Virus record (IMG/VR): IMGVR_UViG_3300035683_000005
Coordinates: 1 to 59,951 of that record
Reading direction: 5' to 3' (one strand)
Length of the DNA: 59,951 nt
Source: a virus
Positions 42,601 through 51,817 of this stretch are shown here, piece after piece. The notes under the pieces are model-generated. The model was not told the origin of the DNA. It saw only the letters and a program-made list of their open reading frames with translations, and searched no databases. The translations under genes were made by a program, and so were the position numbers. Every line of letters begins with the position of its first letter. The stretch's first letter is position 1.

Positions 42601-44342
42601 GTTTGGATACCGCCGTCGAGAATGCTGCGGAAGGTTTCCTTGAAAACATTGCGAATGTCGTCGCTGAAACGCTTCAGAACTGCCGACGTCTCCGCGATCC
42701 GGCGTTCTACCTCAATAGTGCGGAGCGCCTCGTCTAACACACCGCCAGTCAGGTTGCGCCGCGCTTCAAGGGCCTGGTTTCCTGCCTCGATCCGGATACG
42801 CAGGCGGTCATGTGCGATTCCGGTCACACTTGCCAATTCGGCCTCTTGTTGCATCTGCCGTACGCGGTCCGAGCTGCCCTGGCGAACCTCCAACAGCCGC
42901 GCGGCAGCAAGCGCCTCGTTTTGAAGCTCTTGCGCACGAGTTACGGCTGTTGTCGTCTCCGCCAGCAGCGCATTTGCGTCGGATTGACCGATGACGGCTG
43001 TGGCTACCGCTTCGGCGACCTTCGCGCGCACTTCCTCCATGTCATTTGTTGCGCCGTACTGAATGCGCAACTGCTCTTGAGCCATGCCTTGAAGGTGCGC
43101 CAGCGCAAGCTCCTGCTGGGCCTGACGAACGCGCTCGGCATTCTCCGCACGCATGTCCATCATAAAGCGTAACCGGCGCTTCTCAGATGCGGTAAGTTCA
43201 TCCACAGCAGCAGTGGCGGTGCCGATCTTACCGTCCAATACGCTCAGGTCGCCCGACCACTTCTCTGTCGCCTCAGAGATTTCCTCCTGGAGCTTCTTGT
43301 AGGCCAGGAACCCTGCACCGGCTGCGACCACAACCGCGACCGCACCGACAACACCCCTGCCCATCAAGGACATTAGCGCCATCGCGTCAGCTGCGGTACG
43401 AATTGTTCTTGCGAGTTGAAGGAAACCGTAAACGGTTTGTGACGCGGTGATCAAGGTCGTGTAAACACCGGCTGCGCGCGTAACAATGTTGTACGTGATG
43501 AAAGCGGCCGTGGCTGCACCGATGCCCGACGCGAGTTTACCGAGGTTGTTCGCGATCCAAAGAATCTTCTCCGCAAGAGCCTGACCCGCACCACTTGCCT
43601 GACTCATTGCACCGATCATAAATTCGAAATTGTTCTTCAGAATAGTCAAGGATTGCCCAATTGTCACCGGCATTCTCTGAAATCGTTCGTCGATTACGTC
43701 CGCCATATCAAGCATGGCGTTCACAACCACGTCCGATGTCAGCTTCCCTTCGCGTGACATCTTGCGCAGCTCGCCGATAGTGACCCCGAGCGACTGCGCG
43801 ATCATGCGCATCACTTCCGGGATGTTTTCGGAAACACTGCGGAACTCGTCGCCGGCTAGGCGGCCGCTTGAGAGGGCCTGACTGAGCTGAATTACACCGG
43901 CGGTCGCTTCGCGCTGGGAGGAGTTACCTACGATCAGCGCCTTGTTCGTCGCCTCGGTAAACTTGAGCATATCCCGGTGGGAGATGCCAAGCGTCTCGGC
44001 GTTGCGCGCTACTCGCAGATAGAGAGTGGACGTTGCTTCGAGGGCACTGCGGGTGTCGTTCGCGATCCTCAGGATCTCAAACTGGACAGCTCGCGACTGT
44101 TCTGTGCTGGTTGTGACGAGGTTGATGCGGCCCGCAAGGAGAGTCCAAGCGTCCGCATACTCGATAACCTCGCGAAAACCAAGCACCAGCCCCAGCGCGT
44201 TGAGTGCGTGCTGAAGCTGGTTTGCCATCCGCTCGGTTTGTGTACCTGCACGCGTGGCCCGACCCGCCGCTCCGGTAAACCGATCCAGAGCGGCGATCGC
44301 CCCGGTGGCGATTACAGTCAGACCCAGCGTCGCGATATCCAC
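39600..44342 (-). CDS. Tail tape measure protein, 1580 aa
   Basis: Size, long coiled-coil repeats, Gly/Ala-rich TM-like segment, and position after the frameshifted chaperones. Confidence 0.9.
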   Translation of the reverse strand: MDIATLGLTVIATGAIAALDRFTGAAGRATRAGTQTERMANQLQHALNALGLVLGFREVIEYADAWTLLAGRINLVTTSTEQSRAVQFEILRIANDTRSALEATSTLYLRVARNAETLGISHRDMLKFTEATNKALIVGNSSQREATAGVIQLSQALSSGRLAGDEFRSVSENIPEVMRMIAQSLGVTIGELRKMSREGKLTSDVVVNAMLDMADVIDERFQRMPVTIGQSLTILKNNFEFMIGAMSQASGAGQALAEKILWIANNLGKLASGIGAATAAFITYNIVTRAAGVYTTLITASQTVYGFLQLARTIRTAADAMALMSLMGRGVVGAVAVVVAAGAGFLAYKKLQEEISEATEKWSGDLSVLDGKIGTATAAVDELTASEKRRLRFMMDMRAENAERVRQAQQELALAHLQGMAQEQLRIQYGATNDMEEVRAKVAEAVATAVIGQSDANALLAETTTAVTRAQELQNEALAAARLLEVRQGSSDRVRQMQQEAELASVTGIAHDRLRIRIEAGNQALEARRNLTGGVLDEALRTIEVERRIAETSAVLKRFSDDIRNVFKETFRSILDGGIQTFSDLFSAAREMLSSLLTEVVTDAFMRKWGASIAGALAAATATGVGSVAAQSAGAAVAGAVQSAIPSVAGGAIPVEIEGITVSAAKSWTAQLIPFLAAAGIGYIAGGAVGSLTTNRGVGAAGGALAGAGAGAAVGTFLLPGIGTAAGALVGGLAGLVGGFFGATKAAKAHREELERASQYRREFEQNIELRELEARGLTEQAELRALEFRHINELNQARKDGILTTQQLARLQRLQTEEMEALRREQAERAEKERAERERERVQYQEDLAVRALRAQGLSREADELAFVIGQQRELQEALEKWGETNPELVQATSELLEAERAYRAEQMRLAEVAFRQDLMVRRLRAVGLEEEARQLEVLLSQRREMANARASGYTPAAIGTLGEVHALELLSLEAERARSAREAEVSRLESELQGLQASVQAQIRAVEESARAADRQLQGERDAIRERYDREDNELERQARLVRDTYGAQEDLIREQIDGVKRASDIQERALRTQIDETRRTRDLEQRALQAQTDALRAQMDVQIEGYESQERALRAQYDAIEAYLDAQIESARAALGVAREQLQEAERGTNETRRVVDTLRGYLGNLVLNRGVTPLSPEAILNEAQQQFSALLRLARQGDSAAASDLPSAAQNLLEAARTMFASNPEYVRVFETVHAQLTEISEQYGKSLSTQEREVELLTGQLTTLEELLDSLDAQKDANETTGRIQIDAMNAQRREYTEGVERQLSALEIQRDLLRENTADQIQVLESQLDAVKETSRVEVERLEAIRDATRTAMDQQLGALQAQRDAIKEQRDAQLSAIDALRAAVAADSEARIAALNNQLAATVSGYQAQIEAVRSGTSVAEQTLKTETARVLAMLSEGFDPLIDVEVDIREISQHQLNQLELIRQILESINGKTQIPEPPPPPPPPPPPPPPPTNPWSGRPGDPRDPFVHLEEMNGQLREQNGHLRALVGIQQEGNNRIISNTEGTNRGVESLSGEVRRQTETMSSTWTRTLS

Positions 44343-44343
44343 T

Positions 44344-44943
44344 TTATTCCTCGATTAGCAGAACCGGTTCCCGCTTTCGTGTAGGCCAGGCGTGCCCCTG
44401 TGAGCGTTCCTTTTCGGCCAACCGGGACTCTTCCGAATCTACCTCCTTCTTTTCCTCATCAGGTTGGCGTAGCGCGGCGTCGATCAAGATCAGTGCGTTC
44501 ACCTCGTGCGGTGCCAACACTATCTGCGTAAGCCGCATCCAACTTTCGATTTCTTGGTAGCTGAGCGGAGCAACGCCGGCCATCCCGACCCCGCTCCGCC
44601 CGTACAGCGCGTACGCCATCTCAACGAGGTACACCAGCTCCGTCGGACACTCCGGCACACTCTCCAACCGCTTCTGCGCTGACAGACTGCCCGCCTTGGC
44701 CGCTGCCTCGTAATGCTGCCTGTAGCTCGTGCCGTTCTTGTCCCGCTTCTCGAGCTGCGCCTGCGCCCTGACGTGGTCTAGAGCTTGCTCGAGGAGCTCG
44801 CGAAAAAACGGTCGTGCTCGTGCATGGCGCCGAACAGCAGGTCCACCAGCCAGGGCGCGCTCTCGAGGATCATACGCGCGTTGTCCGGCCGGAAGTCGAC
44901 GGGTGTGTTGTTGCTGACGATACCCTGCCAGCCCGTCGAACAC
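44344..44943 (-). CDS. -1 frame extension ORF of the tail assembly chaperone (T part of a G-T fusion)
   Basis: Overlaps the 3' end of 44778..45212 in the -1 frame. Its reading frame is entered at the slippery site 44802-44808. Confidence 0.7.
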   Translation of the reverse strand: MFDGLAGYRQQQHTRRLPAGQRAYDPRERALAGGPAVRRHARARPFFRELLEQALDHVRAQAQLEKRDKNGTSYRQHYEAAAKAGSLSAQKRLESVPECPTELVYLVEMAYALYGRSGVGMAGVAPLSYQEIESWMRLTQIVLAPHEVNALILIDAALRQPDEEKKEVDSEESRLAEKERSQGHAWPTRKREPVLLIEE

Positions 44944-45212
44944 GCAACGATCCGGGTGATGTTGTCCTCCATCAGAGCAGCACCCGTGAGGCTACTTGCC
45001 TTCAGCTTACGCGTGCGCAGCTGTTTGTCGATGTTCCGGTACCGCTGCCCGTGGGCACCCGTGATGTACCACAGTACGGGCTGCGAGTCGTCCGAACCGT
45101 CGGGGGCGTAGTAGAGGGGCTTCTCGTCGGCACCGACGAGGTGGACGGCTGTGGCCTCGTCTTCTTTGGAAGCGAGGCGAAGCTGGAAGTCGAGGTCGAA
45201 TCCGTTGGACAT
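44778..45212 (-). CDS. Tail assembly chaperone (gpG-like), 144 aa
   Basis: Internal ATG (MSNGFDLDF...) preceded by aaggggagc. Sits immediately upstream of the TMP and carries a frameshift site. Confidence 0.75.
   Translation of the reverse strand: MSNGFDLDFQLRLASKEDEATAVHLVGADEKPLYYAPDGSDDSQPVLWYITGAHGQRYRNIDKQLRTRKLKASSLTGAALMEDNITRIVACSTGWQGIVSNNTPVDFRPDNARMILESAPWLVDLLFGAMHEHDRFFASSSSKL
44802..44808 (-). promoter_or_regulatory. Programmed -1 ribosomal frameshift slippery heptamer, T TTT TTC
   Basis: Minus strand reads CGT TTT TTC GCG in frame 0 (..DRFFAS..) and CCG TTT TTT CGC in frame -1 (..RPFFRE..). Confidence 0.75.
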
Positions 45213-45372
45213 GGGGCGTGCTCCCCTTAAGGTGTATGTGTGCCGCACCCGCGACCGCTGCACGCCCCAGCTATGCCCACCGAGTCTCCTCGCGAGAACA
45301 TACCAGGAACGGCCGCAGATGCGACACGACTTCGGCTTATTCTTTACACATCGGCGTGCGCGATGCGTCCTA

Positions 45373-45654
45373 CTACTTGCTGACTCCCTCGGGTACGACC
45401 CGGGGTGCCTGCTCGGGCGTTGTGAGCTCGCTGCGCAGCTTCTCGCCCACGAGTGTCCAGAACGGCTCGTCCGTCTTGATGTCGACGTCGTTCTGGTGCT
45501 TGACCGACTTGACGTCGACCGGCTTCTTATCCGGCCCGTAGCGGACGTCGAGGATCTTGAACCGAGATTCGCCCGAGCCGAGCACACCAGTGACGCTCGC
45601 CTTGTGCTTGTCGCCGCGCTTGTCGTAGAAATTGACGCTGTCGCCGATCTTCAT
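45373..45654 (-). CDS. Hypothetical protein, 93 aa, in the tail module
   Basis: ATG preceded by ggaggtgatcgag. Internal start of ORF 45373..46152. Confidence 0.6.
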   Translation of the reverse strand: MKIGDSVNFYDKRGDKHKASVTGVLGSGESRFKILDVRYGPDKKPVDVKSVKHQNDVDIKTDEPFWTLVGEKLRSELTTPEQAPRVVPEGVSK

Positions 45655-45686
45655 CTCGATCACCTCCGAAAGTTGATGTAGACCGT

Positions 45687-46928
45687 TTACGCGGCGCTGC
45701 TGAACACGTTCACGGCCGTCGAGTCGTAACCCGTCGAGGCAGCGCGACGGCCCGCGGAGATGTTCAGGGTCTCGATCTTCGGACCGTTCCCGCCCACCGC
45801 CGGAGCATCTGCCGTGGTGAACTTGACACGCGGCAGGAAGAGTCCCAGGGCGCCGAGCGGAGCCGTTCCGGGCTCCACCAGCAGCGCACCCAGCTCGAAG
45901 AGTGTCTCGTTCTCGAACATCTGGAGGCGCGTGAAATCCTCCCGAATGCCGTTCATGGTGCCGCTGATGGTCAGGTCTCCGTCGTAGACGTCCGGGGTCA
46001 CCTGCGCACCGAGTGTCGCCTGTCCCGTGGTCTCGATGGCGAGGTTGATGTCCAGCCCCGTGAAACGCGTGACCTCCTGACCGTTGAAGCGGATCGCGCC
46101 GTCCGCCGAAACCAGCGACTCGCCGTCCGTCACGCTGGGGTTCGTGAACCACGGACTGGTGCCGATCTGCAGCGGGATGCGGTTCTTGCCGACGAAGGTG
46201 TACGAGAACGTCGCGATGGCGTCCGGTCGCAGGCTGATCGTCATGCCGCTCAGCCGGCAGCCTACGAAGAGCTCGGAGCTGTCGATGTCGACGTCGTACT
46301 GCTCGATCGTGTACGAGTGCCGACCCGGATCGAGCGGCGACACCAGCTTCTTCAGCACGGTCACTGTCCAGTTAGCAGTGGCGGCCGCGTCCGCAACGAG
46401 CGGAGCTGAGGCCGCCTTGGGGCCGATCCCAGCCACGGTGATCACGGTCGCGGTGAGACCCACGACACGCAGCCGGAGGTTGTTGTTTGCCGGATTGGGG
46501 TGCCCCCCCAGGGTGAAAACGTCGCCCATCCGCAGACCGACACCACGCCATTCGCCGCCACTCGCGTTGATGGTGGTCGCCGTCGTCGTGATTGTCGCGC
46601 CCGCCATGCCGGCTGGCGCGATCGCGAGAGCCGGCACGAACGTTGTGCGCATGATCGACTCGAACAGCAGGTCTGTGCCGCCGCCCAGGGTGATCTCGGA
46701 ATTGAACGTTCCGCCGACACTGCGGTTGCCAGCGCGCCCGATCGGACGGATGCGGTCACGGCGGCGCTCGTTGGACTGGATGCTCGTACGGGCCAGGGTC
46801 AATCCAGGGCTGTCCACAATGCGGAGCTGCGTGGCCCCGGCGCCACTGGCGGCCGGCGTGCCGAACGGCTCCGCCGGGTCTTCTCGTCTCAGAGAGACGA
46901 GTACGTTACTTGCGGTCTGGTCGGGCAT
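45687..46928 (-). CDS. Major tail tube protein, 413 aa
   Basis: Position between the head-tail connector genes and the chaperones. Beta-rich Gly/Thr/Ala composition. Confidence 0.65.
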   Translation of the reverse strand: MPDQTASNVLVSLRREDPAEPFGTPAASGAGATQLRIVDSPGLTLARTSIQSNERRRDRIRPIGRAGNRSVGGTFNSEITLGGGTDLLFESIMRTTFVPALAIAPAGMAGATITTTATTINASGGEWRGVGLRMGDVFTLGGHPNPANNNLRLRVVGLTATVITVAGIGPKAASAPLVADAAATANWTVTVLKKLVSPLDPGRHSYTIEQYDVDIDSSELFVGCRLSGMTISLRPDAIATFSYTFVGKNRIPLQIGTSPWFTNPSVTDGESLVSADGAIRFNGQEVTRFTGLDINLAIETTGQATLGAQVTPDVYDGDLTISGTMNGIREDFTRLQMFENETLFELGALLVEPGTAPLGALGLFLPRVKFTTADAPAVGGNGPKIETLNISAGRRAASTGYDSTAVNVFSSAA

Positions 46929-46943
46929 TTGGATCTCCTCGTT

Positions 46944-47591
46944 CTAAGTGTTCCGGAACCGCACCGCCAGAGGAATCGTGATGACGACCAGGGCGTGACT
47001 CGCCTCCTCAGGCAAGACCTCGCCCTTGTACGGGGCAGGGTCGATCTTTACCCGCAGCAGATAACCGTCGGGTATTTGCAGCCAGGAACCCGGCTTGAAC
47101 AGTTTCAGAATCGCGTCAGAGACACGATGCAGCGCCCCGGACCCCCGACCAGACAGACCGTAGAGCTTTAGCACGTATGACGGTTCCGCGTCGAACTCTG
47201 CGTTCGGAGCAACCGTGATGCGGCCGACACCGCCAGGCAGATAATTTTCATCAACGTACCAGCGCCCGTCCTCCGGCTTGAAAGCGACGTTTTCCCAGGC
47301 GCGCAAAGCAGGCAGTTCAACAAGCAGCCCGCGCAACGCCTCAGCTTCCGGTATCCGACCACCCTCGATAAAGAGCGCCGCCGCCGTAACGACACGCACA
47401 ACGCAAGGATCACGATGGTCAAATCCGACCGGTCGCACCTCCATCCCAGGAAAGAACCCGTCTTCGATGAACGAACCCTCCGCACGGACGAAACCATCGG
47501 GCGTCGCGCTGAAGAGCCCGACCGTTGAAAGCACCTCTAGGGTGAGAAGGTGCGCGCGGAGTCTGAGCAGAGCATTCAGGTGGTCAATCAT
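46944..47591 (-). CDS. Tail terminator / tail completion-like protein, 215 aa
   Basis: Synteny only. Confidence 0.45.
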   Translation of the reverse strand: MIDHLNALLRLRAHLLTLEVLSTVGLFSATPDGFVRAEGSFIEDGFFPGMEVRPVGFDHRDPCVVRVVTAAALFIEGGRIPEAEALRGLLVELPALRAWENVAFKPEDGRWYVDENYLPGGVGRITVAPNAEFDAEPSYVLKLYGLSGRGSGALHRVSDAILKLFKPGSWLQIPDGYLLRVKIDPAPYKGEVLPEEASHALVVITIPLAVRFRNT

Positions 47592-48033
47592 AGCTGACGC
47601 CGATGTCCGTCGGTACGCCAGGTGCGAAACGGCCGCGAGTGCGCTGTGTGGTCATGCGAATCCGTCCGCTGTAGGAGTCGCTGCTCTTCACCTTCGCCAG
47701 CTCGTAGGCCACAATTCGGCGCCACCCGTTCCGCGTCAGCTTGACACTGTGGAATCCTCCAACGCGTGATCGTAGCACCGCACCGCGACGGTTGTCTTCG
47801 ATGATCGGTGCATACTCAGCAGTGCTGTGAATTCGCGTTGTGCGTAAACCACGACGCTCCATCCTCCAACTCTTGAGCAGCTTACCCGACCGAACCGGCT
47901 GACCCGGAGCACCCGTCACCGGACTCCCCGTTCGAATCGAAGTGAAGACGTGTTGAATACATGCCTCGTGCAGACGTGCTTCGCGCGATAGTACGCGCGC
48001 GATGAACTGGCCCATTTCGGCTGCAAAGCTCAC
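47584..48033 (-). CDS. HK97 gp10-like head-tail joining protein, 149 aa
   Basis: Synteny, plus AEYAPIIEDN...G resembling the gp10 family pattern. Confidence 0.5.
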   Translation of the reverse strand: MSFAAEMGQFIARVLSREARLHEACIQHVFTSIRTGSPVTGAPGQPVRSGKLLKSWRMERRGLRTTRIHSTAEYAPIIEDNRRGAVLRSRVGGFHSVKLTRNGWRRIVAYELAKVKSSDSYSGRIRMTTQRTRGRFAPGVPTDIGVSYD

Positions 48034-48404
48034 GCGATCACCACCCGTGCTGCCAAAGCTGTTCCCGTCGGACGAAGGGGACGAACACCTTTCACAGTTT
48101 TACGCTCACCCGCCCATTCCACAGCGCTGCTAAGCTCCGGCACTTCGCCGAGCGTATCCGGTACGAAGAGCAGAACAGTCGATCCCTCCACGATTAGTTC
48201 GCCGACGCGATACTCCGAAATGAAGTCTTCACGCAAGAGTGTAGTTTCGATGGCAAGACCCGTAACCTCGATATGATCAGGTTCGCTAACCTGCGCTGTT
48301 GCAGCGTCGTAGCCACTGTCTCGTGTCAACGCGAATCTCACCGCCGGTGCCCCTTTCGCACGCAGCTTTTTCAAAAGGCGGCGGTGACGCGTTTCAATCC
48401 ACAT
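48030..48404 (-). CDS. Head-tail connector protein, 124 aa
   Basis: Synteny. Overlapping start and stop codons. Confidence 0.45.
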   Translation of the reverse strand: MWIETRHRRLLKKLRAKGAPAVRFALTRDSGYDAATAQVSEPDHIEVTGLAIETTLLREDFISEYRVGELIVEGSTVLLFVPDTLGEVPELSSAVEWAGERKTVKGVRPLRPTGTALAARVVIA

Positions 48405-48850
48405 TAGAAGTCGTATACAGTATGCACGGAACGGCTTTGGGGTGTGGTTGGTTGCAACCGCCGAGCGGTCTTCATCTGCATGTCTTCGAACTCAGCTAGG
48501 TACGTCCGCGATCGTTCGCGGAAATCGTCGCGCTGGTCCTTTGCAAAAGATCGGCTCCCCAACACCTCGACCTGATCATCCTCGCTGTTGGGACGCGCTG
48601 ACATCAGCAGCAGCGCGGCTTCGAACGCACGATGCAGCGACCAGGCCACGACCGCCTTGTCGGGATCTGCAAGCACAACTCCGTTGATCTTCTCGTAGCC
48701 TTGATCAATGTAAACCTGGAGTCGTACTTCCAGCTTGGTCCGCGGCGGATCCCGTGGCGGCTGCTCGTCTACGGGATCCGCCTCCTCTTCAGGGAAGAAG
48801 GCGTACTCGAGCGGACCCACCGGAGCGAGGAGGTCGCGGGTGGTGATCAC
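48404..48850 (-). CDS. Head-tail adaptor-like protein, 148 aa
   Basis: Synteny. Confidence 0.45.
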   Translation of the reverse strand: MITTRDLLAPVGPLEYAFFPEEEADPVDEQPPRDPPRTKLEVRLQVYIDQGYEKINGVVLADPDKAVVAWSLHRAFEAALLLMSARPNSEDDQVEVLGSRSFAKDQRDDFRERSRTYLAEFEDMQMKTARRLQPTTPQSRSVHTVYDF

Positions 48851-49329
48851 GCGTCGGCCAGGCGCGCACGGATCTGCTGCAGCATCGCCTCGCCAACGCC
48901 GCTGATCGCCAGCAGGTCGGAATCGGCAGCAGCACGGACCTTGTTCGCGGTGTTGAAGCCCTTGGCCATCAGCAGCATGCGACCCGGGAAGCCACCCGGA
49001 AGCTCGCGGTCCCCCTCGCCGTTCGCCGCCGTTCCCTCGCCGGAGATGAGCAGCGCACCGTGTGCCGTCGCCGGATCTACGGGTGCCGCCGCCTGGCCGG
49101 CCACGAAGTCCTGCTGGCGGTTCGGCTGAAGCTGCGTGACCGGGATGGTGACGCCCGGAACCGGTGTCGTTCTCGTCGACTTCCAGGGTCCCTTGATCAG
49201 CTTCCTGCCCTTGAGGCTGTCCAGCTCTTCCTGTGTCGCCTCGGCCGCGAGACCGATCACGTCCCGCTCCACGTTGGGGTGGAACGCGGCGCGGCGCAGA
49301 CGGACGGTCTTGAGGATCTCGGTCGCCAT
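48847..49329 (-). CDS. Hypothetical head-module protein, 160 aa, with a C-terminal helix-hairpin-helix motif
   Basis: LLAISGVGEAMLQQIRARL resembles an HhH motif. Sits directly after the capsid gene. Confidence 0.5.
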   Translation of the reverse strand: MATEILKTVRLRRAAFHPNVERDVIGLAAEATQEELDSLKGRKLIKGPWKSTRTTPVPGVTIPVTQLQPNRQQDFVAGQAAAPVDPATAHGALLISGEGTAANGEGDRELPGGFPGRMLLMAKGFNTANKVRAAADSDLLAISGVGEAMLQQIRARLADA

Positions 49330-49375
49330 GCTCTACTCCGGGGTGGTGGTTGAAAAATCGCGCGCCGGCTTCGGT

Positions 49376-50440
49376 TCAGACTCCCGCGTCCAGCACCCAC
49401 ATGTCGTCCTCGCGGGGATCCGGCATGGGGTTGACTTGACCCTCCACCGTGAAGTCGCGGCCCATCCCCGCGACCTCGTGGTAGACGGTCTGCCCACGGA
49501 TGTCGATGCCCGCATCGTCGACGACGTTGGTGATGTCGTAGGCGCGTAGAACCGGGGCGAAAGCCGACCGACCGATCCGTTGCCCGGCCGGCACGGTGGC
49601 GATCCGGTGTTCGGGCCAGGTCTTCATCTTGATGCGCGTCACGCCGCCGTCGACGAACACCTCGACGGTGTTCTCGATGGTGATGAAGCGGAAGGGAGTA
49701 CCGAGCCGCTGGCTGATGAGGGCCTCGACCTGCGGGATCGTCGGCTCGAGACCCGACTGCGCACCGGGCATGGGGTTGGGCGCCGCCGCGACGATGGTGT
49801 CCCGCGTCGCCATGCGGGACACGGTGCCGAGGATCGGCCCGTTCTGCTCCAGACCCTCCCGCAGCCAGGCGACGAACTCCTCGTAAGCGTTCACCGACGG
49901 GTCGTTGAAGGGGGTTGCGGCGGTCTGGTACCTGCCCGGATGGAACTCGTAGTCGACCTCGTAGGTCTGCCCGGTCTCCGGGTCCATGATCGTGATGACG
50001 CCGAGCGCCCAGGCCTGCATGACCTCCAGCTCGAAACGTCGGTAGTTCGCGTCCACCAGCCGGCGCGTGCGCTGCGGCACCCTCACACCGATGATCTCGC
50101 GGAAGATGTCCATCCGGCCGCGGACCTCGTTGAGGATGTCGTTGATCTCCTTCTCCTCGATGCGGAAGTACGCCTCGATCGGGATCCACTGCATCTCCTT
50201 CCGGGGCGGCGTGACCATCGGGATGTAGCGGCCGCGCGCGTTCCACTGGCGCCGGTCCGAGCTGATGCGGACGTTGACGTTGCCCAGGCTGTCGAGCTTG
50301 GTCTGGTCGACGTCCTCACGCGGCATGAAGATGTCCCACAGGAGTGCCCCGTTGTCGTTGGGGCTGATCGTCTGCGCCAGCACCGTGAGCCCCGCCGGCG
50401 TCAGCCGCTCCTCCTCACTCATCCAGGTGAAATCCGGCAT
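49376..50440 (-). CDS. Major capsid protein (lambda gpE-like family), 354 aa
   Basis: Size and order of scaffold, decoration, capsid. Sits behind the strong promoter 51789-51817. Confidence 0.7.
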   Translation of the reverse strand: MPDFTWMSEEERLTPAGLTVLAQTISPNDNGALLWDIFMPREDVDQTKLDSLGNVNVRISSDRRQWNARGRYIPMVTPPRKEMQWIPIEAYFRIEEKEINDILNEVRGRMDIFREIIGVRVPQRTRRLVDANYRRFELEVMQAWALGVITIMDPETGQTYEVDYEFHPGRYQTAATPFNDPSVNAYEEFVAWLREGLEQNGPILGTVSRMATRDTIVAAAPNPMPGAQSGLEPTIPQVEALISQRLGTPFRFITIENTVEVFVDGGVTRIKMKTWPEHRIATVPAGQRIGRSAFAPVLRAYDITNVVDDAGIDIRGQTVYHEVAGMGRDFTVEGQVNPMPDPREDDMWVLDAGV

Positions 50441-50484
50441 GGCTCCCTTCCTGTTATAGATGACCGATCAGACGCGTAGTTGCG

Positions 50485-50913
50485 TCAGTAGACGAAGACG
50501 ACCACGCCGCCGCCCGGAGCGTTCGACGCCGCGAGCTCGCCGGGCGAAAGCGGGCGCCCGAGCGTGTCCTCGAGGATCGCCCTGTTGATCTGGCAGATCG
50601 TGGCGACCGTAATGGGCGCTTCGTCCGCAGCGAGGAGCTCGGGCGCGGTGTTACCGGTCGCGATCTTGACCGGCTCGACGACGCAGCCGTAGAGCGCCTC
50701 CCCCGGGGTCGCGACCGCGCTCGCCAGACGGCCGTTCCGCATCAGCGGGACCTGCGGCTTGAGCCAACCCCGCGAGTCGACCTCCTTGTTGGTCAGGTAC
50801 TGCGGATCGACCTTGACCACGGCGGTGAAGTTGACCGGCCCCTTGAAAGCGTTGGGATGGATCTCGCCGCCACCGGCAAGCGGCTTCACATACATGTGCG
50901 GGGTTCCCGACAT
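50485..50913 (-). CDS. Head decoration protein-like, 142 aa
   Basis: Position between the scaffold and the E-type capsid gene. Small beta-rich protein. Confidence 0.5.
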   Translation of the reverse strand: MSGTPHMYVKPLAGGGEIHPNAFKGPVNFTAVVKVDPQYLTNKEVDSRGWLKPQVPLMRNGRLASAVATPGEALYGCVVEPVKIATGNTAPELLAADEAPITVATICQINRAILEDTLGRPLSPGELAASNAPGGGVVVFVY

Positions 50914-50944
50914 CGGTGTATCCCTCGTGTGCGGGTTGAATAGC

Positions 50945-51733
50945 TCAGCGCGCCGCCGGCGACATATTCAGCCGCTCGAACAGATCGCGGCTCTTGGGGG
51001 TGTTGCTGCTCTCCTCCACCGCGGGCCTGCCCTTCCCCTGCTCCTCCTCCCTGATCTTCTGCCAGGTGTTCTTGCCGCTGTTGGCGGCTGCACCCGATCC
51101 GGTTCCGCCCTGCGGAGCGAAGTTGAGGGGCTGACCACTGCTGGCGGCCCGCCCACCCTTGACTGGAGCCGGCGGATCGGCAGGACGCAGGCCCTTGAGC
51201 GCTGGCACCTTCTTGAGGGCGGCCTCGTAGTCCATCTCCTTCTCGTCGTTCCCGGCGAGCGTCAGGTAGCCGACCTTGCCGTCGACCTCCTTGCCCTTGC
51301 CGTCCTTCACCTTCCCGTCGCGGACCTCGAACTTGGCGTCCTTGAGGTCGGGGAGCGCCACGAGCATGTCGACGGCGTCCGGGTGGATGCCGACGACCTC
51401 GGCGAAGGCGAGGGCAGACTCCTTGAGCTTGACGATCTTGAGGTCCTCCTCCGCTTTGGCACCGGCGCTGACGATCTTCTTCAGGTCCGCCGGCTTGGGG
51501 TTGATCTCGCGGTAGGCCGCCAGGTCGTCGGCATCCGTCTTGGGCACGATGACGAAGCCGGTCTTCGGCACCTGATTCTCGAGGTCGGTGATGCGGCGTG
51601 TGGCGGTGTCCCGCTCGCCCTCAATCTTCTGGATGTTGCGGAGGATCTCAGCGGGCGATGAACCGTAGAGGCTGAGAGCTGAACGGTATCCGCCGAGGGC
51701 GTCCAATTCGGACTGCGGGACGTTGTCGGGCAT
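50945..51733 (-). CDS. Head scaffolding protein, 262 aa
   Basis: Charged coiled-coil composition. Sits immediately upstream of the decoration and capsid genes. Confidence 0.6.
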   Translation of the reverse strand: MPDNVPQSELDALGGYRSALSLYGSSPAEILRNIQKIEGERDTATRRITDLENQVPKTGFVIVPKTDADDLAAYREINPKPADLKKIVSAGAKAEEDLKIVKLKESALAFAEVVGIHPDAVDMLVALPDLKDAKFEVRDGKVKDGKGKEVDGKVGYLTLAGNDEKEMDYEAALKKVPALKGLRPADPPAPVKGGRAASSGQPLNFAPQGGTGSGAAANSGKNTWQKIREEEQGKGRPAVEESSNTPKSRDLFERLNMSPAAR

Positions 51734-51788
51734 GAGAAGAGCCTCTTTGGCTGGTGTGGGAGCCTGGCGTGATCAGGTCGTAGTGTGG

Positions 51789-51817
51789 AATATAAAGGTG
51801 CGCACAAAAAAGCACAA
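51789..51817 (-). promoter_or_regulatory. Promoter, TTGTGC-N17-TATATT, for the scaffold-capsid-tail operon
   Basis: The -10 is the reverse complement of 51789-51794 and the -35 of 51812-51817. Confidence 0.6.
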
